A DNA stretch of 64,000 nucleotides. It comes from Escherichia phage saus132. The first letter of the stretch is position 1. Each line of letters starts with the position of its first letter. Location of the stretch: sequence record NC_047884.1. The stretch is one strand, 5' to 3'. Made by a program: the position numbers and the translations under genes. The notes beneath the pieces are model-generated. The model ran no database searches. It was not told the DNA's origin and saw only the letters and a program-made list of their open reading frames with translations. Below, one piece after another: positions 37,311-47,491 of this stretch.

Positions 37311-40300
37311 TTAAGAATTACCAAGTGATTTCAGGGTGGTTCCATTCTCATTAAGAGCCTGTTCCACGGCATCCCTGAAAGCAGCACTGTTACTCGAAGC
37401 AAAGTCTCGGAAGCTAGCCGCATCCATCGTACTGATGTTCAGCACAATAGGTCTACCCGATGTACTCTTTGAAGATCCTTTGAGTTCATCAGTAGGAGTA
37501 GCCTTCATCGGAACCATAGGAGTGATTACTTCGGTACCATGCTCACCCATCTGGTAACTAACTCCAGGGTACATATTACCACCTTCTGCACGAGGTACGA
37601 AAGAGTTCGCATTACCAATCCCTTGATCTCCTCTAATATAAGAAAGTTCTCCTGCGTTAGCCGACATAGAAACGTCCACGTTCTTCTGGCGCTCTCCAAG
37701 AGACAAGTATTGAGCTGTATCAGTACCCGAGTCTCCAATAGAAGACATACCAGATGCAGAGGATGCTTGTGCAAGAGACAATGCACCTGCAACACCTGCG
37801 GCAATCATAAGAGGAATAGACCAGGGGTAGGGAACAGCTGTTGCTGCTTGCATCACCGCTACTGCCGTCTGAATAATGATTTGCTTCTTAGCTGCATCCT
37901 GCTGGATCTTAACCTTTTCCGCTTCCAGTTTCTTGAGCTTAGCTTTAGATGCTTCGGATTTACCGTCACGTTTTTGCTCTGCTGCAATAGCCTGATCAAT
38001 AGCGGATACTTGATTACTTACTCCCATAGCGATCATTGAAGAAACCATCTGCATACCCGCTGCCACAGTGCTAACAGTATCTAAAGATCCCTGAGAGAAC
38101 TGCATCATGGCATTAGTAAGATTGCCTATACTCTGGCCAACTTCCGTTGCTTGGCTATTTAATGCTCCAAGCTTAGAAATAGCTTCGTCGTAAGAGGCCA
38201 TCTGGTTCTGCATATCAGCATACTTCTTATCATCCCCGGATAAACCAGTCGTAGGAGTATAAGTAGCTCCAACAGAAGAACCTACCTGTTGCTGCATCTG
38301 AGCATCTCTCTGTTTTTTAAGCTGTTCTAGGGCTGCTGAAGTTTTATAAATCTCATTACGATATTTAATTTCTTCTTCAGTATTGTCTTTGGATAACTCT
38401 AACTGCTTTTCTGAAATCGATAACCTTTCAGTAAGAATCTGAGACTGGCCAGTGACATTTCTCTCAGTTTGACTAACCTCTAAGGCATCCATGAGAGCTG
38501 ATACATGAGTAGCGGTAGCTTGTTTCTCTGCTTCCACGAGTTCTCTATTTATCTGTGCTTGAGCACGCCTAGATTGTTCAGCCTCTTTCTGTTTACCAGC
38601 TTGTCTAGAGTACCACGCATACTTTTCTTTCTCAATAGTCAGTTCTAGTTTTAACTGTGCTAAACGATACTGGGTATCTGTCATAGTACGGTTATTCAGG
38701 AGAGCAATTTCACGATCAACACCAAGAATCTTATCCGTATAGTCCTTAACTTTCTTCTGAGCTTCCATGTCCTGGTTAGTAATTTTGATACGTTCTAACT
38801 GAACCTTAGCTATTTCATTCTCAATTGCCTTGTTACCCTTGTTAGTTTCTAGGACACGCTTAAGGGCTGCTTCCTGTTCTTCTAACTGTTGGATTTCTAG
38901 ACGTCTACCCGCTTCCTGTGCTTTCTCTTTATCCTTGGTCTGGTTGTACACTTCGGCAATCTTTTGCTGAACTTCTAACTGATTTTTAGTCTCATTACTA
39001 GTTAATTTTACATAACCAGCAAGAGCTTGTGAGGCAGTCTTCATCTCACTAAGAGTATTATACCCTAAGTTCAGACTCTTAACATACTCATCAGCATTTT
39101 TACCAGTACCAGCAGATAGAGACTCAATAGTCTTAATCGTATCTGATAGGGATGCACTAGTTTTAGCCGCAGTATTAGTATTCTGAGCGATGTTCTGTAT
39201 ATCGTTAGCTAAATCACTAGCAGTTTTCTTAGCCTGATCATATGCTTTCTGCTGTTCCGTCAGTCCTTTCAGAGTTGCGGAGTTAAAGTCATAAACCGCA
39301 TCAGGGTCATTCATATCCTTCTGCAGATTAATCTGCTTCTGAAATTCTGGATTAGTCTTAGCAGCCGCAGCACCAGCAGCTTGATACGCAGATTTCCAAG
39401 CATTAAGGTTTTCAGTAGAGTCATCAACTTCTTTACCTAACCTTGCTACCTGTAGTCCCATAGCTGCGGTTTCTTCTACAAACTTTTTGTTAGCTTCGGA
39501 AGAACCTATGCGCACTCCCCCTACTTCAAATCCCCCAGCAGCTAATCCAACAGGCATCCCCTCACCCACTAATCTAATAGCGGCAGCAGTACTAGCATCT
39601 GCTTGGGACATACGTTTATCAAACTCAGTCTTTAGTTTATTACGCTTATCCAGAGACTCTTTATACATATCAAGAGCTTTATTATATCCTTCCTCGGAAG
39701 CGGAAAGACTTAAAGCTACAGCACCAACGTTAGTTGGGTCAATCTGACGGTTAGTTTCTTCTTGTGCTCTAGCAGCAGAAGCCGAGATAGATGCTTGAGA
39801 AGTATAGAATACTGCGTTAATAGAATCAATTACCGGCCCTAAATACTTAGCAGCAGCCTGTTGAACCTTTCTTAGTGCAGCATCAGCGTTAGCAGCAAAC
39901 TGTTCCCATGGAGTTGCACGGAGTACGTCATCCAAGTAGCCGAAACGTTTAGTAGATTCAGCAATTACTGCGTTAGCATATGCTTGTTGCTTTTGGAAAG
40001 TGGAAAGACTATTGACGTTATATGTGATACCTGTGTTAGCAGCATTTAACTGTTTAACGTAGTCAGCGTAAGCATCATTAAGACGAATAGTAACACCAAG
40101 TTCGTCCAGAAGTTCGATTTCTTGTTTAGATACACCTTTGATTACACGGTTAAGTGCATCAGTCATATCAACACCAAGAACAGCAGCAGCACGACGAGCT
40201 ACTAGACCAAATTTATTAAGTTGTTCAGCATCGAATCCATATGCAGAAGCAGAGGATGCCTGTCTCATTGCTTCTTCGAAGGAGATTGCATAACCAGCAG

Positions 40301-41018
40301 CCTCTTGTAGAGATCTAGCTAGAGTTTGTACCGGAGTACCTGTTTGAGTACCTACAATAGTACCGAACTTCTCCAGACGGTTTAACTGGTCACCCATCTT
40401 AAGTTGTTCGAATGCAGATTGTAGAACGAACACGTTAGATGCGATAGCAGCATACATAAGAGGTAGAGAACCACCAACTTTAGCCATTGCTGCGAAGTCA
40501 CGAGTAGCACCACGTGCAGAACCAGATGTATTACCTAGAGCACGACTAGCACGACCTGCGGATGTGGTAGTATCATTGAAGCCTCTAGTAGTACCCGACA
40601 AAACACGGTTTGTATCGTATAATCTATCTTGAACTTTTTCAGTTGCAGCAGCTACATCGTTACCCATCGCCTTAACAGATTTACCAACATGTGTAAATCC
40701 AGACTCTAGCTTATCGGATACCTCAATCATAGCAATAGCAAGGTCATCTAACTTAGCACCAATACTATCTATAGATTTGGTGATACCCATCATACCTCTG
40801 CTAGCCTGCATTTTAGTTAGGCTTTTAGCTGCTCTATCCGCTGCCCTCTCAATGGAGTAAAGAGTTTTGGGCATTTTTCCTAGCTGCTCATTAGTCAGTT
40901 CGGAAGCGGCAGCAGCATTTTCTAACGCATCGGAAACGTTCTCAATAGATTTTGCAGTACGGGTTGCCCCTTTCTGCTTTACATCTATAAGTAGTTCTCG
41001 TATTAGCTTATCAGTCAT
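37311..41018 (-). CDS. Tail tape measure protein (T5 pb2-like)
   Basis: 1235 aa, largely helical/coiled-coil; between chaperone ORFs and distal tail protein. Confidence 0.85.
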   Translation of the reverse strand: MTDKLIRELLIDVKQKGATRTAKSIENVSDALENAAAASELTNEQLGKMPKTLYSIERAADRAAKSLTKMQASRGMMGITKSIDSIGAKLDDLAIAMIEVSDKLESGFTHVGKSVKAMGNDVAAATEKVQDRLYDTNRVLSGTTRGFNDTTTSAGRASRALGNTSGSARGATRDFAAMAKVGGSLPLMYAAIASNVFVLQSAFEQLKMGDQLNRLEKFGTIVGTQTGTPVQTLARSLQEAAGYAISFEEAMRQASSASAYGFDAEQLNKFGLVARRAAAVLGVDMTDALNRVIKGVSKQEIELLDELGVTIRLNDAYADYVKQLNAANTGITYNVNSLSTFQKQQAYANAVIAESTKRFGYLDDVLRATPWEQFAANADAALRKVQQAAAKYLGPVIDSINAVFYTSQASISASAARAQEETNRQIDPTNVGAVALSLSASEEGYNKALDMYKESLDKRNKLKTEFDKRMSQADASTAAAIRLVGEGMPVGLAAGGFEVGGVRIGSSEANKKFVEETAAMGLQVARLGKEVDDSTENLNAWKSAYQAAGAAAAKTNPEFQKQINLQKDMNDPDAVYDFNSATLKGLTEQQKAYDQAKKTASDLANDIQNIAQNTNTAAKTSASLSDTIKTIESLSAGTGKNADEYVKSLNLGYNTLSEMKTASQALAGYVKLTSNETKNQLEVQQKIAEVYNQTKDKEKAQEAGRRLEIQQLEEQEAALKRVLETNKGNKAIENEIAKVQLERIKITNQDMEAQKKVKDYTDKILGVDREIALLNNRTMTDTQYRLAQLKLELTIEKEKYAWYSRQAGKQKEAEQSRRAQAQINRELVEAEKQATATHVSALMDALEVSQTERNVTGQSQILTERLSISEKQLELSKDNTEEEIKYRNEIYKTSAALEQLKKQRDAQMQQQVGSSVGATYTPTTGLSGDDKKYADMQNQMASYDEAISKLGALNSQATEVGQSIGNLTNAMMQFSQGSLDTVSTVAAGMQMVSSMIAMGVSNQVSAIDQAIAAEQKRDGKSEASKAKLKKLEAEKVKIQQDAAKKQIIIQTAVAVMQAATAVPYPWSIPLMIAAGVAGALSLAQASSASGMSSIGDSGTDTAQYLSLGERQKNVDVSMSANAGELSYIRGDQGIGNANSFVPRAEGGNMYPGVSYQMGEHGTEVITPMVPMKATPTDELKGSSKSTSGRPIVLNISTMDAASFRDFASSNSAAFRDAVEQALNENGTTLKSLGNS

Positions 41019-41039
41019 TTATTTTTCCCAATAAAAAAG

Positions 41040-41064
41040 GCTCTGGGCAAATCACCCAGAGCCA
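41040..41064 (-). terminator. Hairpin plus T-run immediately upstream of tape measure start
   Basis: Minus strand GGCTCTGGGTGATTTGCCCAGAGCC followed by TTTTTTATTGGGAAAAATAAATG. Confidence 0.55.
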
Positions 41065-41098
41065 AGCCTCATCGTGGAACGCCCATTGGAGGAAACTT

Positions 41099-41467
41099 TT
41101 ACTGAGCTCGAGATCTAGCATGCGGTTTAATGTTCGGAGTGCGACCATTTTGTTTACCATGCTTCTCGGCTCTCTTACGAGCTGCATCTACAGCTTTCGA
41201 ATCAAATATATTGATTATGTGTAGAACAAACTCTTTCTCTATGGGATCAGTAATCCCATAGATATCAAATAAAACACCTAGTGCACTTTTATCTTTTCCT
41301 ATAAAAATAGGAAAGTCACCTGGTATGAAACAGTCAATAAGACTGTTATAAATATTCATACTAGTAGATACAATAGGTGGAAAATCTTCGAGTTCAACAG
41401 GCATTGCCTTAGGATCAGGTTCAATACCTAGCGACTCACAAAGCATTAAATATTGTTGTTTTGTCAT
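41099..41467 (-). CDS. Putative tail assembly chaperone (second ORF)
   Basis: Small ORF directly upstream of tape measure gene. Confidence 0.45.
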   Translation of the reverse strand: MTKQQYLMLCESLGIEPDPKAMPVELEDFPPIVSTSMNIYNSLIDCFIPGDFPIFIGKDKSALGVLFDIYGITDPIEKEFVLHIINIFDSKAVDAARKRAEKHGKQNGRTPNIKPHARSRAQ

Positions 41468-41528
41468 TTTAGATGCTGATGATTTAATGCATTTATCAGC
41501 AAAATCGGCAACAGCATCTAGTAACTGC

Positions 41529-41933
41529 TTACGCTTTTGAGCTACGAAAAGTGTCTAAGTGGAACACTGTCTGGTTGATCCAAGAATCAAACGCAGCAGA
41601 GTTCTGCATAAGCATGATAGCGTTATCGCGACTAAATGGAACTTCAGTAGTAGGATCAGCTTCAGTTTCGATAAGCATCAGTTTCTCAACGTCTCCAATA
41701 GTCAAGCCAGTCCAGCCAGCAATTGCAGTATCAACGAAAGCTTCAATAAACTTATCATCGTCCTGAACTTGAATCATAGTACCGTTAACCCACTCGTCAC
41801 GCTTAGCGGAAGAGATAACACGCTTAGATGCAGCACGAGACATGTAGTTCAGTTGCAGCTTGAAGTTAGGCATACCTGGGTAAGCCAGCTCAATAGTACG
41901 AGTTTCAAGGGTAATATCTTTTAAATTGATCAT
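41529..41933 (-). CDS. Putative tail assembly chaperone (first ORF)
   Basis: Small ORF between tail tube region and tape measure gene. Confidence 0.45.
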   Translation of the reverse strand: MINLKDITLETRTIELAYPGMPNFKLQLNYMSRAASKRVISSAKRDEWVNGTMIQVQDDDKFIEAFVDTAIAGWTGLTIGDVEKLMLIETEADPTTEVPFSRDNAIMLMQNSAAFDSWINQTVFHLDTFRSSKA

Positions 41934-42829
41934 TTCTTTATTTCTCCAAAGAAGTCGATTCTTACCGGATCAGAGTCTGCAGTAGGGATTACATCCCATT
42001 CAACTCTGTATATATCCGAGAATTGTAGGCGTTTTGTTATACGTGCTGAAGGGAAGTCAATCGAAATATGTCCATTCCGGATGGTTAATGGTATGTCAGT
42101 TTCGGGTTCAATATTATAAAACATATCACCAGCAAATCGCTTAGTGTAGTAAAATGCAATTGTTGCCGAAGCATTCATTTCATTAACATAAGCTCTCTTA
42201 TTATTATATATTTTGTTTATGTCAAATACGCTTTTATCTTCTCTCCAAGAACATTGTTGCTGGAATGACATAGAAGCGGATAAAAGAGCTGGTAAAACAT
42301 TACTGTTGGTAGATACTCTAGGAGGACTATATGACATAACTTCACCCTGAACAATAGAACCAGCAGGAGTAAAAGTAGACACCTCAGAGAACTTACCAGA
42401 TTCAATTCCTACGTTTAGGATAGGAACGCTTTTGTCTAGAGAAAAGTCTACAGTAGATACATAGCAATTCTCAAAGTACACACAGTTATTATTTTTATTA
42501 ACTATGTATATATTAAACATTGTTGGCTCAATATTTGTACTATAAAGTGGTAGTAAGAATGTGTTACCCTCTCGGTCAAAGCCCATCCATTCAAAGAAGT
42601 TAGCTTCAGTAAGGGTATTACTAAAATTTATAGCCAGCGATATTGAAGATGGAGTTTGTGCATTAATAATAGAGTCAGCATAGTTGGTTCTACGATGGAT
42701 AGTCCTACGAAGAGTTTTAAATTCCTCATAGGACGTATTGATATCGTAATTTGACAGGGCATCAAAATGATAAGCCCTGCCATCATACTCAACTATAACT
42801 TTTGACTCCCTCATTAGAGAGTAGTACAT
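41930..42829 (-). CDS. Minor tail protein (T5 p140-like)
   Basis: 299 aa ORF directly downstream of tail tube gene. Confidence 0.5.
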   Translation of the reverse strand: MYYSLMRESKVIVEYDGRAYHFDALSNYDINTSYEEFKTLRRTIHRRTNYADSIINAQTPSSISLAINFSNTLTEANFFEWMGFDREGNTFLLPLYSTNIEPTMFNIYIVNKNNNCVYFENCYVSTVDFSLDKSVPILNVGIESGKFSEVSTFTPAGSIVQGEVMSYSPPRVSTNSNVLPALLSASMSFQQQCSWREDKSVFDINKIYNNKRAYVNEMNASATIAFYYTKRFAGDMFYNIEPETDIPLTIRNGHISIDFPSARITKRLQFSDIYRVEWDVIPTADSDPVRIDFFGEIKK

Positions 42830-42833
42830 TTAA

Positions 42834-44243
42834 TTAGCCACCAGAAGCAGTAACTGTAATGCTCTTAGTACCTTCTACACCAGAACCATCTTTAGCTACA
42901 GCTTTCACAGTAACTGCACCAGTCTTAGAAGCATCAGCGGTCAGTAAACCAGAAGTTGCATCAATAGTAGCAGCAGTACCAGAGGAAATAGACCAAGTTA
43001 CTTCCTTATTAGTAGCTTCAGCAGGTAAAACGTCTACAGTCATCTGAAGAGTTGCGCTATTCTTAACGGAAGTTGCATCGCCCGCAGATTTAACAGTAAT
43101 ACCTGTTACCTTAACCGGAGCTGCTTTACCACCGTCACCAGTTGCAATCAGATTTGCAATAGTAGTTTTGGTGTACTTATTAGAGAAACCAAGATAACCT
43201 TCATCACCAGTATCCAGATCAGTAGGAATTGCTTTGAACTCTACAGAAGTACCAAGTACATCGTCAGTCTCAATAGTTGGGATGTTAACGTGAGCTTGCT
43301 TAGCAACTAGAACAGCGGCTGGGCGCTCATCATCATATTCACCGCCAAGTACTAGAGCGATTTCGAAACGGTTAACTACCTTCAGGGTCTTAATCAGATC
43401 TTTATACAGATCCATAGAACCTAGAGCTTTATCGTTAAGATACGCAGTTAGAGAACCAGTTAATTCGAATGCACCAGTAAATGAACCGATTGGGATGTTA
43501 ACACGGGACATGACGTTAGGAGTCAGATAGGTGATGTTGTTGTTAATTGTAAAACTACCACCAGTGATCGGAATGTCATATGCCTTACCAGTATCCATAT
43601 CCTTAATTTTGAGGATAGTCAGTTTGTTCTTGATGTAAGAACCCTGGATAGTCATGTAAGTTTCATCATCAATACCTACAGTATCAGGATCAAATGGAGC
43701 AGCGTCCAGAGGGATCAGCTGGTTACCATTACCAGACCAAGTTACACGACCAATATCCTCAATATCAACGTTAACTTCTGCCTGGTTGATCTGGCAAGAG
43801 TCAATATAGCTCCATGCTTTGTCAGTAAGAATGTAGATGTGCAGCATAGCCAACTCATGATAAGAGTTATCTTTAAAGTTAACCATGAAGTTAGCTTCAT
43901 TATTATGCGCACCTGTGTCTCCCTCAAGGTTTAACGCTTTACCACTAGAAAGAGCATGCCATAACATGTAGTCGGGAACAATCTGTTTATTAGAGGTTTT
44001 ATCCTTGTATGGCAGAATATAAGTAGAAAAACTCCACTCAGCCGCATTCAAGGAATCGTTAAAACGTTTAGAACCACGAGTAGGACGCGGACCAGCTTCG
44101 TTAACAGTAATATCTGTTGAGTTACTGTCCTGACCCCAAGAAATATCATCCTGAACTAGAATCTCTTGCGTGTTGGTCTTATCGTGACCAGTCTTAACCG
44201 TAGACACGAAGATTCGAGTATTACGTAATAGTTGTAAAGACAT
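42834..44243 (-). CDS. Major tail tube protein with C-terminal Ig-like domain (T5 pb6-like)
   Basis: 469 aa; C-terminal KVTGITVKSAGDATSV...VTWSISSG...VTVKAVAKDG is Big_2/Ig-like. Confidence 0.8.
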   Translation of the reverse strand: MSLQLLRNTRIFVSTVKTGHDKTNTQEILVQDDISWGQDSNSTDITVNEAGPRPTRGSKRFNDSLNAAEWSFSTYILPYKDKTSNKQIVPDYMLWHALSSGKALNLEGDTGAHNNEANFMVNFKDNSYHELAMLHIYILTDKAWSYIDSCQINQAEVNVDIEDIGRVTWSGNGNQLIPLDAAPFDPDTVGIDDETYMTIQGSYIKNKLTILKIKDMDTGKAYDIPITGGSFTINNNITYLTPNVMSRVNIPIGSFTGAFELTGSLTAYLNDKALGSMDLYKDLIKTLKVVNRFEIALVLGGEYDDERPAAVLVAKQAHVNIPTIETDDVLGTSVEFKAIPTDLDTGDEGYLGFSNKYTKTTIANLIATGDGGKAAPVKVTGITVKSAGDATSVKNSATLQMTVDVLPAEATNKEVTWSISSGTAATIDATSGLLTADASKTGAVTVKAVAKDGSGVEGTKSITVTASGG

Positions 44244-44269
44244 TTAATTATTTTCTCCTAATCTGTAAC

Positions 44270-44755
44270 TTATCTGCGAAGTGACCTACGTGGAGGCTGA
44301 TACCTCACTGTTACATTTATTTCTGCTAAACCATATGGGGCCAGTAGACCCTCATCTGTACTAACTGATGTAATGCTCATATCAGTCGCCTCACATGGGA
44401 AGGTCGATCCATTAGGTTTACTAACAGTATATTCTAAATTTCCACCTGTGTCAATAACGGTTTTTATATCCGCTACGAGTTTTTCAAGTTGCTCTTGAAT
44501 GTCTGTTTTCTCTTTATCGTACACCAGGATTGGAAGTTCTAAAAACATCCACTGTTGGCCTGAAGGAAGATACTGCCCAGTTTCAGTTCCGATATGGACT
44601 GCCACATAAGGAAATTCTCGGATTTCCTCGAATTTATAAGTTTGACGAGAAACGTTTCCATAAAGGTTATTGAAATACTCATCAGGTTGTGAACCATCCA
44701 TTTGTGTGGCGATTCGGTCAACCACTGCTTGTGCAATACTTGTTCTGTGATCCAT
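44270..44755 (-). CDS. Tail terminator protein (T5 p142-like)
   Basis: 161 aa ORF immediately upstream of tail tube gene. Confidence 0.5.
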   Translation of the reverse strand: MDHRTSIAQAVVDRIATQMDGSQPDEYFNNLYGNVSRQTYKFEEIREFPYVAVHIGTETGQYLPSGQQWMFLELPILVYDKEKTDIQEQLEKLVADIKTVIDTGGNLEYTVSKPNGSTFPCEATDMSITSVSTDEGLLAPYGLAEINVTVRYQPPRRSLRR

Positions 44756-44758
44756 TTA

Positions 44759-45526
44759 TTAGGTTCCTTGATTAACCTTGATTTTATATCTAGAGTGAAT
44801 CAGGTCTCTTGCAGCTTTTGCGATTGCTTCCCCAATAAGTTTTTGAGGGTTTCGAGCGCCAGGGTAAGGTCGTAGAGAAAGTCTTCGATATGTAGAAACT
44901 GCGGGGTTGAACACAGAGTAAGGACGAACCATATAGTTATACGTCACATTCAGCTCTGGAGCACCTTTACTAGTTTCTGCATCACGTAACATAACATCTT
45001 TAATCTTTAAGGAGTTAGCAAAGCGACCAGTTCTGAACTTCAATGGTGCCCCTGCTTTTTTCATATCCTTGATTAAGTATTCCTTAGCTACTATCTCAAG
45101 AATAGCACGCATGTTACTATTTGATACGAAACGACCGGAAGCACCTGTTACTGCACCTGAATAGCCATCTTCAGTATCTCTAGGATCTCCAAAGTTTACC
45201 TGAACTCTACCGGTAGAACGTTTTTTACCTACAGCAGAACGTTTACCTGCGGTTGCTTGAATTAACTTCTCTAGAGCGCCTAAATCACCAGAAAGATCTA
45301 AGTTAGAAGAAACAGCCTTCAGTATAGATGCTGTCCTAACATTTAATAAGTCTTGTGATACTGGTTTTGAGAATTTGAAAGATACCTGTGCAACTGTGCC
45401 ATCTCTTGTGGGATCCTTCAAACCAGTCTCAACTGTATATACAACAGTATTCTTATTATTCTCAGATCGTCCTGCAGTATCTAGCTGCTCTTTAATAATT
45501 TGTCTAGCTAGATCAGAAAGAGCCAT
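44759..45526 (-). CDS. Neck / tail completion protein
   Basis: 255 aa ORF in head-tail joining region. Confidence 0.45.
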   Translation of the reverse strand: MALSDLARQIIKEQLDTAGRSENNKNTVVYTVETGLKDPTRDGTVAQVSFKFSKPVSQDLLNVRTASILKAVSSNLDLSGDLGALEKLIQATAGKRSAVGKKRSTGRVQVNFGDPRDTEDGYSGAVTGASGRFVSNSNMRAILEIVAKEYLIKDMKKAGAPLKFRTGRFANSLKIKDVMLRDAETSKGAPELNVTYNYMVRPYSVFNPAVSTYRRLSLRPYPGARNPQKLIGEAIAKAARDLIHSRYKIKVNQGT

Positions 45527-46038
45527 TACACTCTCCTATAGACTTCGATGATTGTACGAATATGTTCTGGAATACCAGACTTAGTATTGTTAAACGTAAC
45601 TGTCTCACCACCAATAGTCTTGGCTTGACGATAATCTTGCTTATGCCAGTGATCTACTAACAGACATGCTGCCAGCTTAAGATCTTCAGGCATTGGATTG
45701 AAACCACCTTGGGTATATTCTACATCCATATACCCTTCAGGAGGATTAAACTTAAGAAGAATAACACCATCAGGGTACAATTTAAACTGTTCCGGGTCTA
45801 TTTCATTCTCGTTAATAGTCATTTTTGTAATAGATGTGGCTGAGGGGGAACTCAGAAAATATTTCCTACGGCTAGGTTTTGTAGTGATTAATTGATCTAC
45901 CGCATCTGCATCATCCATACCTAGAAGGCTTGTAATCAGCGTATTGGCAGCTTTAATCATCATCTCAACCTGAGTTTCCATATCAGGTCGCTTTGCATTA
46001 GCATATAGTCTGTAGTCTTCAACAGTGATGATTTGCAT
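45526..46038 (-). CDS. Head completion / head-tail adaptor protein
   Basis: 170 aa ORF after capsid gene; preceded by hairpin-ATTGGGAAAAATAAATG module. Confidence 0.45.
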   Translation of the reverse strand: MQIITVEDYRLYANAKRPDMETQVEMMIKAANTLITSLLGMDDADAVDQLITTKPSRRKYFLSSPSATSITKMTINENEIDPEQFKLYPDGVILLKFNPPEGYMDVEYTQGGFNPMPEDLKLAACLLVDHWHKQDYRQAKTIGGETVTFNNTKSGIPEHIRTIIEVYRRV

Positions 46039-46057
46039 TTATTTTTCCCAATAAAAA

Positions 46058-46079
46058 AGGAGAGCCGAAGCTCTCCTTA
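46058..46079 (-). terminator. Hairpin plus T-run after major capsid gene
   Basis: Minus strand AAGGAGAGC-ttcg-GCTCTCCTT followed by TTTTTTATTGGGAAAAATAAATG. Confidence 0.55.
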
Positions 46080-46097
46080 TCGGCTGAAAAGCCTGTA

Positions 46098-47474
46098 TTA
46101 AGATGCAGCGTAAGTACCGGATACAACGCCATTTGCAAAGTAACGTTGCAGGTTAACACGCTGAGTAACGTAGTATGCGTCACGCTGTTTGCCAGCTTGG
46201 CGCTCACGTTCAACAGTAACAGCACGCTGACGCGGCATTACGAAGTTATCTTTATAAACAATAACTGCGAATTCTGCAGAAGCAGCCTTAGCTGGGAAGT
46301 ACTCAGAAACTACAACTGGCAGACCGTAAATACGACCAACCTGACCCTGCAGTTTAACAGCATCGTTACCAACCTGGGCAACATCCTGCCATTCTTCATC
46401 TTCCAGCAGATCGTAGTAAGCATCCATAGATACGATCAGTACCAGTTTGCTCAGTTTCAGACCGTGACGGCCCAGTTTACGACGCAGCTTGGAGATAGTT
46501 TTAGCAGTTACCAGAACAGAACCGTCAGCTTTAGCTTCGGTAACAACCTTAGCACCATCATCAGCAGCCAGTTTCAGCAGACCCTTAGGCTGACCAGTAC
46601 CATTACCGGACATGAAAGCTTCTTCGATAGAAACAGCGTGTGCTTCGATCAGACGCTTACGCAGCAGAGGCAGCAGGGAGAAGATTGCATCTTCTTCAGT
46701 TTCATCAGTGATGAAGGATTTAGCAGCCAGCTTGTAAGTTTTGAAGCTGATTTCAGTCAGTTGACCTTTAACTTCGTCACCAACAGTTTCGTCAGTACCG
46801 AATTTGGAAGCATCTACCCAAGTAGCACGACCAGCTTCTGGTTCAACGAGCATAGTAAGGATTTTGCTGGACATTGGCAGTTCATCGAACAGTGCACCAA
46901 CTACCAGTTCCTTCTGCAGGTCACGGATAATACGGGTAGAGAAGATAGTTTCGTATGCTTCGCTAGACATGGAAACGGAAGAAGAACCGTTAACAGCTTT
47001 AACGTGAGCCTTACCGTGTTCAGTTTCGAATACGTCCTTCTCCATCATATAAGACAGAAGAACCAGTTTCTCAACTTCATCTTCGAAAGCATCCTGAGTG
47101 CCATAAAGAGCTTTAGCTACGCTATCACCAACGAAGGAACGACCTTCACGAGCTGCTAACAGAGACTTAATTTCGTCCTGAAGACCAACGATGGTTTCCT
47201 GCTGCTTTTCTACAGTCTGTGCAAACAGTTCTGCGCTCTTCTTAGACTTCTCGTCCAGGTTCTTAACCAGATCCAGAGCTTCTTCCAGACGCTTACGGTC
47301 TTCACCAACAGCTTTAGATACTAGGTCATTCATACGAGACAGTTCTTTTTCTTCCTGCTCTTCACGCAGACGCTTAGCTTCCGCAGCTTTCTGAGCAGCA
47401 GTCAGACCTTCCAGAGATTTAGCCAGATCACCCAGACCAAGTTCTTCCTTCAGCTTATTAATATCAATAGTCAT
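46098..47474 (-). CDS. Major capsid protein with N-terminal scaffolding (delta) domain (T5 pb8-like)
   Basis: 458 aa; coiled-coil-rich N-terminal ~160 aa then HK97-fold-like body; precedes protease in transcription order. Confidence 0.85.
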   Translation of the reverse strand: MTIDINKLKEELGLGDLAKSLEGLTAAQKAAEAKRLREEQEEKELSRMNDLVSKAVGEDRKRLEEALDLVKNLDEKSKKSAELFAQTVEKQQETIVGLQDEIKSLLAAREGRSFVGDSVAKALYGTQDAFEDEVEKLVLLSYMMEKDVFETEHGKAHVKAVNGSSSVSMSSEAYETIFSTRIIRDLQKELVVGALFDELPMSSKILTMLVEPEAGRATWVDASKFGTDETVGDEVKGQLTEISFKTYKLAAKSFITDETEEDAIFSLLPLLRKRLIEAHAVSIEEAFMSGNGTGQPKGLLKLAADDGAKVVTEAKADGSVLVTAKTISKLRRKLGRHGLKLSKLVLIVSMDAYYDLLEDEEWQDVAQVGNDAVKLQGQVGRIYGLPVVVSEYFPAKAASAEFAVIVYKDNFVMPRQRAVTVERERQAGKQRDAYYVTQRVNLQRYFANGVVSGTYAAS

Positions 47475-47491
47475 TTTTAAATAATTCTCCG

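Noticed and set aside
41468-41560. Canonical -1 programmed frameshift joining the two chaperone ORFs
   Set aside because: The frame relationship would require +1 or -2, and no slippery heptamer was seen; kept only as a low-interest note.
46146-47159. Plus-strand 337-aa ORF
   Set aside because: Entirely antisense to the major capsid protein gene; low-complexity translation and opposite to the late transcription direction.
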